Program-made: the position numbers and the translations under genes | NCBI RefSeq assembly: GCF_001194135.2 | Contig: NC_068986.1 | Span: forward strand, 26,463,290 to 26,527,289 | Reading direction: 5' to 3' | Origin: Octopus bimaculoides | Lineage: Eukaryota | Length of the DNA stretch: 64,000 nucleotides | The notes under the pieces: generated by a model | The model's database searches: none | Told to the model about the DNA's origin: nothing | Seen by the model: the letters and a program-made list of their open reading frames with translations, nothing else | In this document: in pieces, positions 51,601 to 64,000 of the stretch | How the letters are laid out: the number at the start of each line of letters is the position of its first letter | Numbering within the stretch: the first letter of the stretch is position 1

Positions 51601-52531
51601 CATCTTGTTTTCGAGTAATATTGCCAGTATTAAAGAAAAGCCAAGGATTCAGTATAACATAGCATACAGAGTATATGAAGGACATAACATATAGAGTACA
51701 TAAAGAGTAGATTGACGAAAGCAGCAGGGATCAAGGAGCAGATTTGTAAGGAGGGCAGTTGGAGGTAAGCTATGAAAAAACTGGCTGGTGCAGTTTGAAG
51801 CTTAAGTTTTTGAATCCTGTTTCACCAAATTGCCTCTCCAATAGTCAGAATGCTTCTTAAAAATTTCCTTGTTGGCAGAAAGAAAGGATAAAAGAGCCCT
51901 GTAGAAAGATTAGGCGTAATAACTCAGAAATCTACAGCATGCAGGTTAGTATTAATATCCAAAGAAAGGCTCTGTTATTTAGAAAGAAATGGAAGTTCTT
52001 TTCTTTTTTTTATCCTATTAGTAGTTTTTGAACTGTCAGTCAGAGACAAAAGTGCATTATTTCAATGTAACCTTTTTGGAAACCAGTCTTTAAGAATGGA
52101 AAGCAAGTTCAGACAAATGAAATCTGTGGTTTCATGAGAGACAATTGTACTCATACTGATGTCAAATGGATTCCTAGATGATTTCATTATCCACAATGAG
52201 TTGTCAAAGTATTATGGTCCTTTTGGCTTGTAAAATATTCTCTACTTCAAAATCATTTTAATATTTATGTATGTTTTAACAACATTAATTGCTTTGATGC
52301 ATTAAGGTAGGGCAATGAAAGGATATTGTAAAACCATGTTTATTAGCATATCTGGTAGGTTTCTAAATTGGAAACAGAAACTGAAATCTTCTATTAGAAT
52401 AATGGAACAATATTCCAAATATTAAATCTTATCCTATCTGATACATATATATATTTACTAATTCTACCAATATTTAAACAATTTTCATAAAGCATTGTAA
52501 ACATTGAATTTGGGATACAAATTATTTTTTA

Positions 52532-52728
52532 CTCTTTTTTTTTGTTTCAGTCATTTGACTATAGCCATGCTGGAGCATCATCACCTTTAGTAGACCAAAT
52601 CGATCCCAGGACTTGTTCTTTGTAAGCCTAGTGCTTATTTTATCAGTCTATTTTGCTGAACCACTACGTTACAGGGATGCAAACACAGTAACATCGGTTG
52701 TCAAGTGATGGAAGGGAGACAAACACAA

Positions 52729-52810
<82 letters not shown>

Positions 52811-52968
52811 GATGGGCTTCTTTCAGTTTCCATCAACCAAATCCACTCACAAAGCTTTGGTCGACCCGAGGCTATAGTAAAAGACACTTGTCCAAGGTGC
52901 CATGCAGTGAGACTGAACTTGGAACCATGTGGTTGGTAAGCAAGCTACTTACCACACAGCCACTCCTG
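52532..52968 (-). mobile_element. SINE family A with expanded (TA)n core
   Basis: Same head and tail as 6217-6593; (CA)n(TA)n at about 52728-52809. Confidence 0.8.
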
Positions 52969-54686
52969 CACCAATTTATTATTTATTTATAATAAATTGT
53001 CCAGTGACAAACTAATGCACCAATGACTTACTAGCATTTCATTCAAAATTTCAATTCTATAGTGCTTCTGCATAATTTTCTAATATATATATATCTTTTA
53101 TCATTTACTTTTTTAGTCATTAGACTATGGCCATCCTGGGGTACCACCTTGAAGAATTTGTAGTCAAATGAAGTGACCCCAGTGCTTATTTTTTTAAGCG
53201 AGGTACTTATTCTATTGGTATCTTTTGCTGTACTGCTAAGTTATGGGGACATAAACAAACCAACATTGGGACAGAACCCAGAAACATGGGGTTGGGAAGC
53301 AAATGAGCCTTCGTCAACAAATATTACTGATGTCATATCATTTATCATACACACATCTATAGGTACATATATACTTTTAAAGACATGGATGTATGTACTT
53401 GGTCTAAAGCACTTGGTCTAAAGCACTTGGTCTAAAATACTTCGGCCTAAGAATACTAACCTAAGACACTCTCATCTAATAAATATTATTGCTACTTTTT
53501 TAGGTACTTCCAAGATTCTTCACCATTTTCTGTATTATTTACAGTTACATCTAATTTATCTAAGAACTCACAAAATTCTTATCTTCAACCTTGAGTGATT
53601 TGACATTTACAGATCTAAGAACTTTGATATTTTGATATCATTGGTTTCTCAAGAATTCTGAAATATTTTGTCACAAAACAAAGAGTGATTCAATACCCAA
53701 CTAATTGCAAAGAATGAGTGAGTAGAAGAACATCTCTTTTAATTTCATTTTATAGTGATTATGTAATCAATCTTCAGATCAAAGATGTATCCAAGTTGTT
53801 TTATAATTAATTGGTTGCTGGAACAGTGTGTTTGCCATAGGGAGGTAAAGTTCATTACAAAAAGACATCAGACACAGACTATTACTATTCATTTCACCTA
53901 CACTGCTTATCAATGGCACCAGACCAATTACTGGAATCAGAAGTTACCGAGCAGTAGGATCTTGTCATTATCATAGGCTTATGAGAAGGTAGAATGTAAG
54001 CTATCAGAAAAAGCATTTTCTAAGATTGTCAAACCATTATTTAAAAAAAAAAATTTCTTGAACCCTAGGCTTTATAAGGTCAGTCAAACAGTTTCCATGA
54101 TTGAGATCACAATATTCCCCCTGAATGGGATGCTGGTCCTTTGTAGGATTCAAGACCATCAATCTTTCAGGTTGATTGTATTGGCCCCAGTACCTGAGTG
54201 GTACTTTATTTTATTGTCTCTCAAGGAATGAAGGGAAAACTTGATCTCAGCTGGATTTGAACCAAGAATGTAAAGACCAAGAAGAAAAATCACTAAGCAT
54301 TATGTTCAATAGCCTAATGATTTTGCCAGCTTGCTGTCTTCAGAGGATAGTTTATTAAATATGTTGAGTATCTCTCTTTCAGATCTACTTTTAATGTCAT
54401 AATCTCTTTGACCTTGACGAAGGGCTAATAGTTGTTTAGCAATGATAATTTTTATTGCCAATCCATGACCAGATGACCAAGTTTCATTTTCTCCCTTGAA
54501 TTTCAAACAAAAAGGATAAATTTCTCCTATTTCATCTAGTTGACCTACCCCATGAGAATATGTTTCATTCACGGTAGTAATATATTGATAGATTTTACTG
54601 GAAGCTGAAACTTCACAAATTGTTTCTTTGAGTTTTTCATTCTGATCTTTGAAATATATGTATATTATATATACACACATACACCT

Positions 54687-54752
<66 letters not shown>

Positions 54753-55714
54753 ATAGAAAGGACAACAGAAGAAAGAAAAAGACCTCGATATTATGTAAAT
54801 AGAGGAATTTATCTGTAAAAATATATGACACTTATTCAGTAGCCATGATAAAACTCCGAGTTTCAGATGCCGGGGTGGGAACCCACGCCGCCATCTCTTC
54901 AGTTATCTGGCCATTGAAAATTCCTGTGTTTATATATATAGTGGACTCTCCCATCGAAGACTACGAATGAGCATTCAACTTTTGCTGAACAATCTGCACA
55001 AATGATTTGTTTATAGTGATCAAACGTTTGTGCCACACATTAGCTCACTCTCTCCATCAAATCAATGTTGTCTGAACAGAGGTGCATTGTTTACCACACG
55101 TCAGGTGTCAAAGTAATCACAGAACAATGTGAGATGAAGTGTTTTGCTCAAGAACACACCACCTGATCTAGGAATTGAAATCACGATCTCGCAATTGTGA
55201 GTGCAGCAACCTAACCACTAGAACATTCACTGTGGTGAATTCACTGTGTACTAGCTATAGAAAATAATTTAATATTGGAGTATATAAGCCCTTGATGGGA
55301 AAAAAAATGATTATTAGTACATTGGGGAATCGAACTTACACCTCTTGTATTGATGATAAGTGTGCTGACCAATTACACCAACTTGTCCAACTGATTTCTT
55401 TCCATTAGATTTAAGAATTATAATTTCATAGTGTTGTATAAACAAAGATGTGTGTATTCTGCGTTAAATCAAGAAACAGTGACAAGTGAAAATTCCGTAA
55501 ATAATAAGTATAAGCTTTAAGTTTATAAGTATTGACCATGTATAGGTTATAGAAAATAGTCTGATATTGGAGTGAATATAAGGGGTGAATATAAGAGGTG
55601 AACATAAAAAGTTCAACTCCCACTCCTAATACCTGTGATGGGCATAGGTACAGCCCTATCCTTTATGCCACCCCATTAAAACTAAAATTATGTGTGCATG
55701 TATATGTACATCAG

Positions 55715-55720
55715 TATGTG

Positions 55721-55795
<75 letters not shown>

Positions 55796-55941
55796 CACAC
55801 ACATATATATACACACTCGTATACACACATGTATATGCATATATATATATCTATATATATGCACATACACACATGTGCACACACACACACATACAAACAC
55901 ATACACATACACACATGTGCACACACACACATACTCATACA

Positions 55942-56014
<73 letters not shown>

Positions 56015-56190
56015 GCACATACACACAAATATTTTCACATACACATATATAGACACAAACAGATAGACACATGCATACGTATGAATATCTGTCTATATGT
56101 ATGTATGTATGTACAATTCATGTTGTATTGTCCTTCACTAGGGCATGTAATTTTTTATGCTGTGTAGTGTGTGTGTGTGTGTGTGTATGT
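55715..56190. repeat. Compound microsatellite field (TG, TA, CA, TATC, CT)
   Basis: Seen directly. Similar fields at 59714-59945 (TATG), 63220-63590 (TG/CA mosaic), 40555-40620 (GA), 54691-54750 (TA). Confidence 0.9.
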
Positions 56191-56567
56191 TAAAGGGGAT
56201 CCATTAAGGATCTAGGCATATCAAAGGGAAAATCCAAAGATGAATAGAACCATAAGTGTGGCGTAAAAACATAATAAACACAGATGATTGGGTTATCTGG
56301 TATAGTTGCAATTGTTTTGTCAAATCTTTATTGTGACATGGTACACTCAGGTATGTAGCATGCACAAACTCCTTTATATCAATGTAATACATTATGCAAC
56401 CCTCAATTCATCAGAAATACCAAATATATGAGCGAGCAATGACATACTGAGGAATCAACAGATCATTAACAAATGAAATTTTGAATCAGAATTACCAACA
56501 TTTTTAGAAATGTGAAGTGGGTGGAACTATAATCAAGAGGGTTGATAGAAGAATTTGGTTGTAAATT

Positions 56568-56959
56568 GTTGTTGTCGTTGGCACTCCGTCGCTTATGATG
56601 TCAAGTGTTCCAGTTGATCCGATCAACAGAACAGCCTGCGCGTGAAATTAACATGCAAATGGCTGAGCACTCCACCGACACGTGTACCCTTAACGTAGTT
56701 CTCGGGGATATTCAGTGTGACACAGAGTGTGACAAGGTTGACCCTTTGAATTACAGGTACATCAGAAACAGGAAGTAAGAGTGAGAGAAAGTTGTGGTGA
56801 AAGAGTACAGCAGGGTTCGCCACCATCCCCTGCCGGAGCCTCGTGGAGCTCTAGGTGTTTTTGCTCAATAAACACTCACAATGCCCAGTCTGGAAATCGA
56901 AACCGCGATCCTATGACCGCAAGTCCGCTGCCCTAACCACTGGGCCATTGCGCCTCCCC
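56568..56959 (-). mobile_element. SINE family D, full length
   Basis: Reverse-complement homologue of 23838-24128 with extra internal sequence; TSD TGGTTGTAAATT / TGGTTCTAAATT. Degenerate copies at about 20268-20530, 39915-40212, 61672-61935. Confidence 0.85.
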
Positions 56960-57695
56960 TGGTTCTAAATTATAGAATAGTTAAAAAGCATAACTAAGAT
57001 GTCATTAAATTTTTGTGACATCACTCATAAAAACTGGTACTGGCAAAACAGGATTATTTAGCATCAGATAACAGGTGCTAAGTATGACATCTGACCCTAT
57101 CAAAACATAGTCAGTTGCTATTGTTGTTCTAAAAAAAAAAAAAAAGAAAGAAAACAAAAAGAAGCCATTTACAATTTATAGTGTCTTGTACATCAATGGC
57201 GTGATCAGTATCAACATAAAAGATATAAAGGGTATAAAATTTACATTAGTTAAATATCAAAATTTAGAGAGATCGATTATATAGCTGTTATGAAGTTACA
57301 ATTTGAAAGGCTAGAATTGGCAGAGAAGGAAAAACAAAACCAACAATCACATTAAAAACTCGAAAAACCACGAATCCCAATATTTTTATCAATATTGTTA
57401 CTTTATTATTATTGAGAGTAAAGCAAGTCTATTAAAATCATATAGGTTAAGTAGATAGGTCAGTTCAGTAATAATAATAATAATTTAAAATTACGAGAAA
57501 TATTAAGAAAATGTTAAAAGAATTTAAAATAAATTACAAAGAATTATAAAAGAATTAAAAAGGTCATAAATGTTAAAAGAATTTATAAGGATTATACAGA
57601 ATTGTAAAAAACATAACCAGGGAGGATGAAGCAAATATTATAAAAAGCAAATTGATTAAAGTTAATAAATTGTAAATTATATAAAATTACAATTA

Positions 57696-58966
57696 CGAGA
57701 AGTGTTCATTGAAGATTTCCCCTGACCCACTTCCCAAGGACTGGGATAAATGAAACTTGCCATAATTATTAGTCCTTCTCTACATAGCCACCACCAATGG
57801 TGATACACTTCTCGCATTGCTTTATGCAGCTGTGAATACCTCATCTGTAGAAGTTGGTAGGCTGCATCTAGAGCCAAGACTTTACCTTGGAAATAAGTTC
57901 ATCATCATCTGAAAAGTGCTTTCCCTTCAAAAAAGACTTCATGGTTGGAAAGAGGTAGAACTCAGATGGTGCGAGGTCAAGAGAGTAAGGGGGGTGAGGA
58001 AGGATTTGCTTTCATCAGGGCAACATGTGCATTGTGAACTGGGGCATTGTCTTGGAGGAACTGGACTCCTTTAACAGCATGCCTCACCTCTCTACTTTGA
58101 TGGTGTCCTGCAACTTCTGCAGCAGAAAAGCATAATATGTTCTGTTAATTGTGGTGCCCTTTGCTAGAAAATCCATCATCACTACTCTGTGCTGGTCCCA
58201 AAAGACTGTGAGCATCACCTTGCCTGCTGAGGGTTGGAACAAGCCTTCTTTAGAGGTAGTGAGTTATCATACTTCCATTGCTTCGACTGGAGTTCAGTCT
58301 CAGGATCATAGTAATGGACCCATGTTTCATCCTGTGTGATAAGCCTGCATAAAAAATCTTCTGCATTTTCTTGGCACATTGCCAAAAGAGCCTGGGAGCA
58401 ATTGACTCATTTCTTCTTCTAAAAAGGTGTGAGCATCCAGGGAAACCATCATGCAGACATCTTCCACATGTGCAAATGGTCATGAATTATTTTTTCCACA
58501 AACCCTACACTTATCCTCACTTCTTGGGCTAGTTGCTGAATAGTTATGCAGTGATCCTCCAAAATGACAGCTTCCACTTTATGGATGGTGTCGTCATCAG
58601 TGGCAGAATGTGGTCATCCAGGAATAGGAGCAGTTGCCAACGATGTCCAATCACTTTTAAACTGGCAATGCCAGTGCTTGACCACCATTGTCACCATAAA
58701 CTTCTTTCATCGCATTGAAAGTCTCTCTTGGTGTATGACCTTTCAAGTATAAGAACCTGATTACTGATCATGTTCTTAGTAATTCAACTGCCTCCATTAT
58801 AACACTTTAGTCCACTTCAGCGGTTGTAAAAGACAAACGAATACTAGTAGAAAGCTACAATTTACAATGTAACATGTAGAGACATGTATGATTATACCTG
58901 TACAAGTTCCATTTCCTGCAATGACTGGAAGTGGGTCAGTGGAAATCTTTAAATGAACATCCCTCG
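57696..58966 (-). mobile_element. Second mariner-family transposon, full length, highly degenerate
   Basis: About 40-bp TIRs CGAGAAGTGTTCATTGAAGATTTCCCCTGACCCACTTCC / rc CGAGGGATGTTCATTTAAAGATTTCCACTGACCCACTTCC, TA on the left. Minus-strand remnants HPPYSLDLAPSEFYLFPTMK and MLTVFWDQHRVVMMDFLAKGTTIN. Confidence 0.85.
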
Positions 58967-59730
58967 CATTGGCATATGTTGTCAGAAGTAATGTTATACA
59001 AAGGTAGTTAAAGTATGATCAAATTATTAGTATTAATAGTGTTAGGATATGCTAAGTTGCCTAAATACATAATCCATTTTAGGATTATTGATATATATCT
59101 AGCATTCAGAGATTTTATAGAATCTATTAAAGTATAAGAAAGTTCTTTGGATGGAATGTAGGGGTTTGATCCATAATTCATTAGATCTATTAATAACATC
59201 ACTTGTGCATTTTAAAATTTTGAACAATTCCAGATAGCAGAGATTGCATCCATATCTATCAGTAGTATAAAGCTAAGCATATTTAGCAATGCCCCATGAT
59301 ACTTTTGTCCTTTAACTCCAGGACTTCATGGAGAGTGATGTTGTTTTTGCTTTATCTCTCCTTCTAAATGTTTGAAGATGATTATGTATTCTCAATTTAA
59401 AATTAGAAGCTGAGCTTACATAAATAAAACCATGCACATTAGTTTTTAACATTACTTTTATAAACAATGTTTTGGTTAGGAATTAATTTCCTAGTGGGCA
59501 TTCGTCGCTCACCCCCATCCCCCCAAAATGTGTTAAATTTTTTATCTATGAACAAGTCACAGTTTTGTGCAATGAAAATTTTGACACCAAATTGGAAATA
59601 AACGTTTAAGTGAAGTTAACAGTCTCTGTGCATTTCGGAATGGCTAACTTGTGTCTTCCACACTGCAATCGATTTAGTTTCAACATACGATCTCAGATCA
59701 AAACACTTACTATGCAAGTACATCTCTGTA

Positions 59731-59763
<33 letters not shown>

Positions 59764-60112
59764 TGTATGTATGTATGTATGTATGTATGTATGTATGTAT
59801 GTGTGTGTGTGTATGCATGTTTGTATGCATGTTTGTATGCATGTTTGTATGCATGTATGTGTGTATGCATGTGTGTATGTATGTATGATGTTTGTATTTA
59901 TGTATGTTTGCATGCATGTATGTATGTATGTATATATGTATGTATGACTGACAACTGGATTAGTGTAAATATACTAATAAGGTAGGGAAGTAGGAGAGAG
60001 TGAGAGAGAGAGAAAGAGGGAGGGAGAGAGAGTGTGTTGTATGTTGTTGGAAGTCGTTTGCGTATTCATTGTTTTAACAGTAGGGCTTCTGTTTGTTCAT
60101 GTACGAATATAT

Positions 60113-60147
<35 letters not shown>

Positions 60148-60436
60148 TCTCCATTGCTTTAACAATCATTTACGTATATTTGTACGCGTATAAAACATTG
60201 CCTTGTAACATTCAGAAACACCTCCCATTATACCAATTTTCACTTTCAGTTGTATCCAAAATATGGCTAATAACAACACCAACAAAGCATTACCCAGCGA
60301 TATGACTATTACGAGAGAGCTTTTCTGTGATCGCTCGACCTGTAAGAAATAGCAACCAAATCCTCTTCAAATCACAATCTACTGTCTTAGAAAAGAAGGG
60401 GTACATTCAACATTGTAATCCCCCCCCCCACACACA

Positions 60437-61155
60437 GCTTTTATCATTTGTTTCAGTCATTGGACCTCGGCCATGCTGGGGCACCGACTTGAAGGGTTTA
60501 GTAAAAAAAAAAATCCACAACAGTACTTATTTGTTAAGTCTGGCATTTATTCCATTAGTTTCTTTTGACGAACCGCAAAATTATGGGGACGTAAACAAAC
60601 CAACACCGGTTGTCAAACGATGGTGTTGGGAAGGGGAATACACATACACGACGAGTTTCCACAGTTTCTGTCAACCAGATCAGATCCGTCGCGTGACTTT
60701 TAGAGCCCCCCCCCTGCAACTTTTTGTTTCGAGGCCCCATCTCTTCAATCAAAATTCATAATTTATGCATCTTTTATTCATAACTATATTTTACTTTATT
60801 CAATATTTCACGTTATCCTAAAGAACATCTTTAAAAGTACAAGTTTTAAAAAAATTATTTAGGTCTATTACAAATCGTTTAATTCATGTTCAACATCTCA
60901 ACCAAAGTAAATAGATGACTCATCTACGTACATTGATCTTAACGTGGGGTCCCTCAACCGCGGAGGCCTCCTGCGACCGCAGGAGTTGCAGGGGCTTAGC
61001 AACGGCCCTGAACAGATTCACTCAAAAGTCACTGGTTGACTCGAGGGCTATAGTAGAAAAAAAACAAAAAAAACTTTACCCAAGATGCCGCACATTGACA
61101 CTGAACCCAAAACCAAGCGATTGCAAAGCGAACTTCTTAACCACACAGTCACCCA
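60437..61155 (-). mobile_element. SINE family A split by the hAT-like MITE
   Basis: Family A blocks present on both sides of 60681-61010. Confidence 0.7.
60681..61010. mobile_element. hAT-like MITE (330 bp) nested inside a SINE
   Basis: Termini CAGATCCGTCGC / rc CAGGGCCGTTGC with shared subterminal CCCCTGCAAC. TSD AACCAGAT / AACAGAT (one base lost). The host SINE resumes in register on both sides. Confidence 0.7.
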
Positions 61156-61558
61156 AATAAGTACGTGCAAGAAAGTTTTCGATAATATATCATTTGCTCA
61201 GTTTTATTTGAATAGGACGAAACAACGCCGTCTTGAGCTGTATTTCATTCGTATATCTCTGAACATATATCTATATATATTAACGCATGCAAATGTGTAA
61301 AAGAATATACGAACAAGAAAAAGCCAACACGGTTCAAATAACTAACTAAATAAATAAATGCCACCAATTTATAACAGAGGTGAGAATGTTATGAAATACA
61401 CAGCAACAGCACAAAAGCAACAGAAAGAATAGAGATGCGTTTTTATGTATATTATTCTGCAACCGCTTGCGCTGTGTAAACGCTCTTATCTTTATAACGA
61501 GACAGAAAATATCATTTATATTATTCGTAATGACTGAAAAATATCTATTTTAAATCAA

Positions 61559-61604
<46 letters not shown>

Positions 61605-62189
61605 CTCTCTCTCACACATGTAGATTTGGTTGTACAAACAGATAAATATAACTCAGAACATACGAGCACGTGTGTTAAGGTGCGCAGCTTAGTTGTTAGA
61701 GTATTCAGCTCACGAACGTAAAGTCGTGAGTTCGATTTTCGGCGGCGCATGGTGTCTTTGAGTAAGACGTTTTATTTCACGATGTAGAAATTAGTTGTAT
61801 CACGCCGAACCTCCCTGAGAACTACGCTAAGGGTATGCGTGTCTGTGGAGTGTTCAGCCACTTGTACGTTAATTTCATGAGCAGACTGTTCTTTTGGTCG
61901 AATCAACTGGAACACTCGTCGTCCTAACCAACACACATATATAGTTTATAGATGAGAATCAGATATTCTCCGTATAGAATACACTTAGCAGGGCTCAAGA
62001 GAATTGAACTTGAGAGCGGGTATAGAAATAAATGTGGGGATAAGCAAGTTAGACAGATCAATATATAAAGTTTTACTATATTAATACCTGAAATACAAGA
62101 AATGTATACAAATATATATATCTGTGTGTGCGTGTGTGTTTACATACAAAACAGGTCCGACTTACACAGAATACAAATGAAATAGAAGA

Positions 62190-62500
62190 TTAAAGGGGTT
62201 GAAGAAAAGTATTACAAATCCAACAGCTGTTTCTGGGAGCCCGGTGGTCCAAAATAATATTTGTGGATTGATTCCATCATAGGATGCGATAAGCCTCCGT
62301 CTTCAGGGAAGAGATCTGACATTTGAGGAATTAAAGGAAAGAAGTTCAAAGATGGAATGATTTTGTGGAGAGCTAAGTGTATTGGGGGGGGGGAAGTATT
62401 CAGATAGGGAATAGTGAGAGGAGAAAAAAAGTATCAGGAGTAGGGAGTTATAGTAGCAGGCGTGGAAAGTAGGAGGAAGAGGGGAAGGTTTTGTAGGTAG
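62190..62500 (-). mobile_element. Penelope-like tail of a different family, with a CUGAAGA...GAAAC-AGCU-GUU hammerhead core
   Basis: CUGAAGA at 62306-62300, GAAAC at 62233-62229, palindromic ACAGCUGU, GUU at 62224-62222. The PLE assignment is inferred from the motif only. Confidence 0.5.
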
Positions 62501-62636
62501 CATGTGAATGCTAGTCTATTGTGCTATTTCTGTGTGTGTGTGTGTATGCAGCAGGACCGAACCAGAAATTAAGTGGTTGTGAAGCAAAATTCTTAACCAT
62601 ACAACCACACCTTACAAATATATACATACATATTTT

Positions 62637-62751
62637 GGGACCACTTTAGCGAGCAGTCTAATTCTAAGCCCCAACCCTAACCAGATCCGATCATTTCACA
62701 GTGTAGACTAAGGGTGGGTATTACTGTAGACCGCACGCTAAAATAGCACCC
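62637..62751. mobile_element. Short MITE with GGG...CCC ends
   Basis: About 25-bp imperfect TIR (GGGACCACTTTAGCGAGCAGTCTA / rc GGGTGCTATTTTAGCGTGCGGTCTA), ATTTT on both flanks, internal CCCCAACCCTAACC. Confidence 0.5.
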
Positions 62752-62783
62752 ATTTTATATGAATACACACATTTATATATTCC

Positions 62784-63056
62784 CAGCACTTGCATTTATT
62801 TAGATCCAGGGACAGAGAAAACTCCACTTCCCTGTCACGCTTTCTCTGGAGACTTCGTAACTTCTGAGACGAAACATCCAGCATCAAGTGGACTATTACA
62901 GACAGGGTGCCACCATATTCACCCAACACTCCTAATTGTCATCTGTGCCTCCACAAAAAACTGCATATCATCTACCAGTCCGTAGTGTCCATCAAGAAAT
63001 CTGAAGTATCGTATTGCTATCACCGGAGATACACTCTTCTGGAAAATTTCAAGATC
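62784..63056 (+). mobile_element. Penelope-like GIY-YIG endonuclease C-terminal fragment
   Basis: QHLHLFRSRDRENSTSLSRFLWRLRNF*DETSSIKWTITDRVPPYSPNTPNCHLCLHKKLHIIYQ...KSEVSYCYHRRYTLL fits the PLE endonuclease tail (NST.LS..IW / W.I / C.LC..EK..I / CxH). Confidence 0.78.
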
Positions 63057-63589
63057 CTGATACACCTCCTTAGTACCAGCCACCCATAGCACCACCTGCA
63101 CCAAGGTCACCGTCACAAATTAAACCCCCATGAAGAGTACCGCAAATCACCAATCCCCAACACTTCTTCATGCCTATCTACCCGCATACTCTCACTCCAT
63201 GTGCATAACCACACGAGTATATGTGTACGCGCACGCATGTGCATGACTGCGCGTATGCATCTGCTCACCGTATGCATGTGCACTATGTGTTCCCGGGTGT
63301 ACATGTGAGAGCATGCGCACCCATATACATGTGCACCCGTGCATGTGCATGTATGTACACGTGCACGCTCGTTTGTGCGTACGCGTGTGTGCTTGTATGC
63401 ATATGTACATGGAGATACAGGTGTGCACATGTGTGTGTGTATATGTGCGCCCGCGTGTGTGCGTGTGTACCTTCGTGTTTGTGTGTATGTGTACGTGCGC
63501 GTGCGAGCGGATGTGTGAATATACTTCTAGGCACACATACACACTTGTATAAGTACGGATAAATACACGCACATATATGGGCATGTACA

Positions 63590-63755
63590 TGTATATGGGA
63601 GAATATACAAATAATAACAACAGACGAGGACAGGTGGTGTAAATAACAAAAGTATATATTAGTATGACGCTCGGGAATACGGAAAGTCTTTGACGTTTCG
63701 AGCTACGCTCTTCAACAGAAAGAATACGGAGACAAGGAGAAAAACACGGAGAAAA
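63590..63755 (-). mobile_element. Penelope-like terminal repeat with hammerhead-like motif (63687-63723)
   Basis: Minus strand UCUUU-CUGUUGA-A-GAGC-GUA-GCUC-GAAAC-GUC-AAAGA; homologous to 47826-48010. Confidence 0.7.
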
Positions 63756-64000
63756 AAAATTGAATAGTGTTCAGTCAACGGTCAATCATAATAATGGCCG
63801 ATCATAACATTGGCTGACCGGAAGTTAGAAATTCTTATTTCAGGAGAGCTAAGAAAGGGGGAGATAACAAACGGTGATCGGGAACGAGGGGCTGTGTGTG
63901 GGAGGTAGAATGCTGGTGATCTTGACGTATGTAGTGTGAAAATGGGGAAGGGAGAAAGGGAGAAAGTAGTTGGTCAGTTGTAGTGTGTGCGTGGTGTGAT

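Noticed and set aside
55318-55390. tRNA-like sequence on the minus strand (also 23838-23905 and 50302-50372)
   Set aside because: A and B boxes are present but acceptor and anticodon stems do not pair; these are SINE heads, not tRNA genes.
55598-56167. Long ORFs up to 189 aa of YI/HT/CV repeats (also 59610-59985 and 63113-63620)
   Set aside because: Stop-free translations of TA, CA and TATG microsatellites.
60985-61003. RFX X-box-like GTTGC...CTTAGCAAC, attractive because RFX factors regulate FoxJ1
   Set aside because: It lies inside the terminal inverted repeat of the hAT-like MITE and the half-site spacing is non-canonical.

Overview
Eukaryotic, AT-rich, repeat-dense DNA. The SINE, Penelope and MITE families look like Octopus (coleoid cephalopod), which is an inference from the repeats. 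Three host genes were reconstructed by hand. (1) EXOC7/Exo70: the first five coding exons on the minus strand, running off the window start. (2) WBP11: a complete 14-exon, 646-aa CDS on the plus strand, head-to-head with EXOC7 (ATGs 450 bp apart). (3) FOXJ1: the last coding exon on the minus strand. Its upstream exon is not in the window, so 35959-64000 is probably intron. The rest is transposon-derived: a near-intact Merlin (ISXO2/IS1595-like) DNA transposon broken by one TAG, three degenerate mariners, RTE and CR1/L2-like LINE fragments, a probable solo LTR, Penelope-like fragments with hammerhead-ribozyme-like motifs, MITEs, many tRNA-derived SINEs and microsatellites. Top leads: EXOC7-FOXJ1 linkage matching the human arrangement, an ADAR-editable amber/Trp codon in the Merlin transposase, and hammerhead variants including a Penelope/tRNA chimera. 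All homology calls are from recognition, not database searches. SINE and LINE boundaries are approximate unless a TSD is given.
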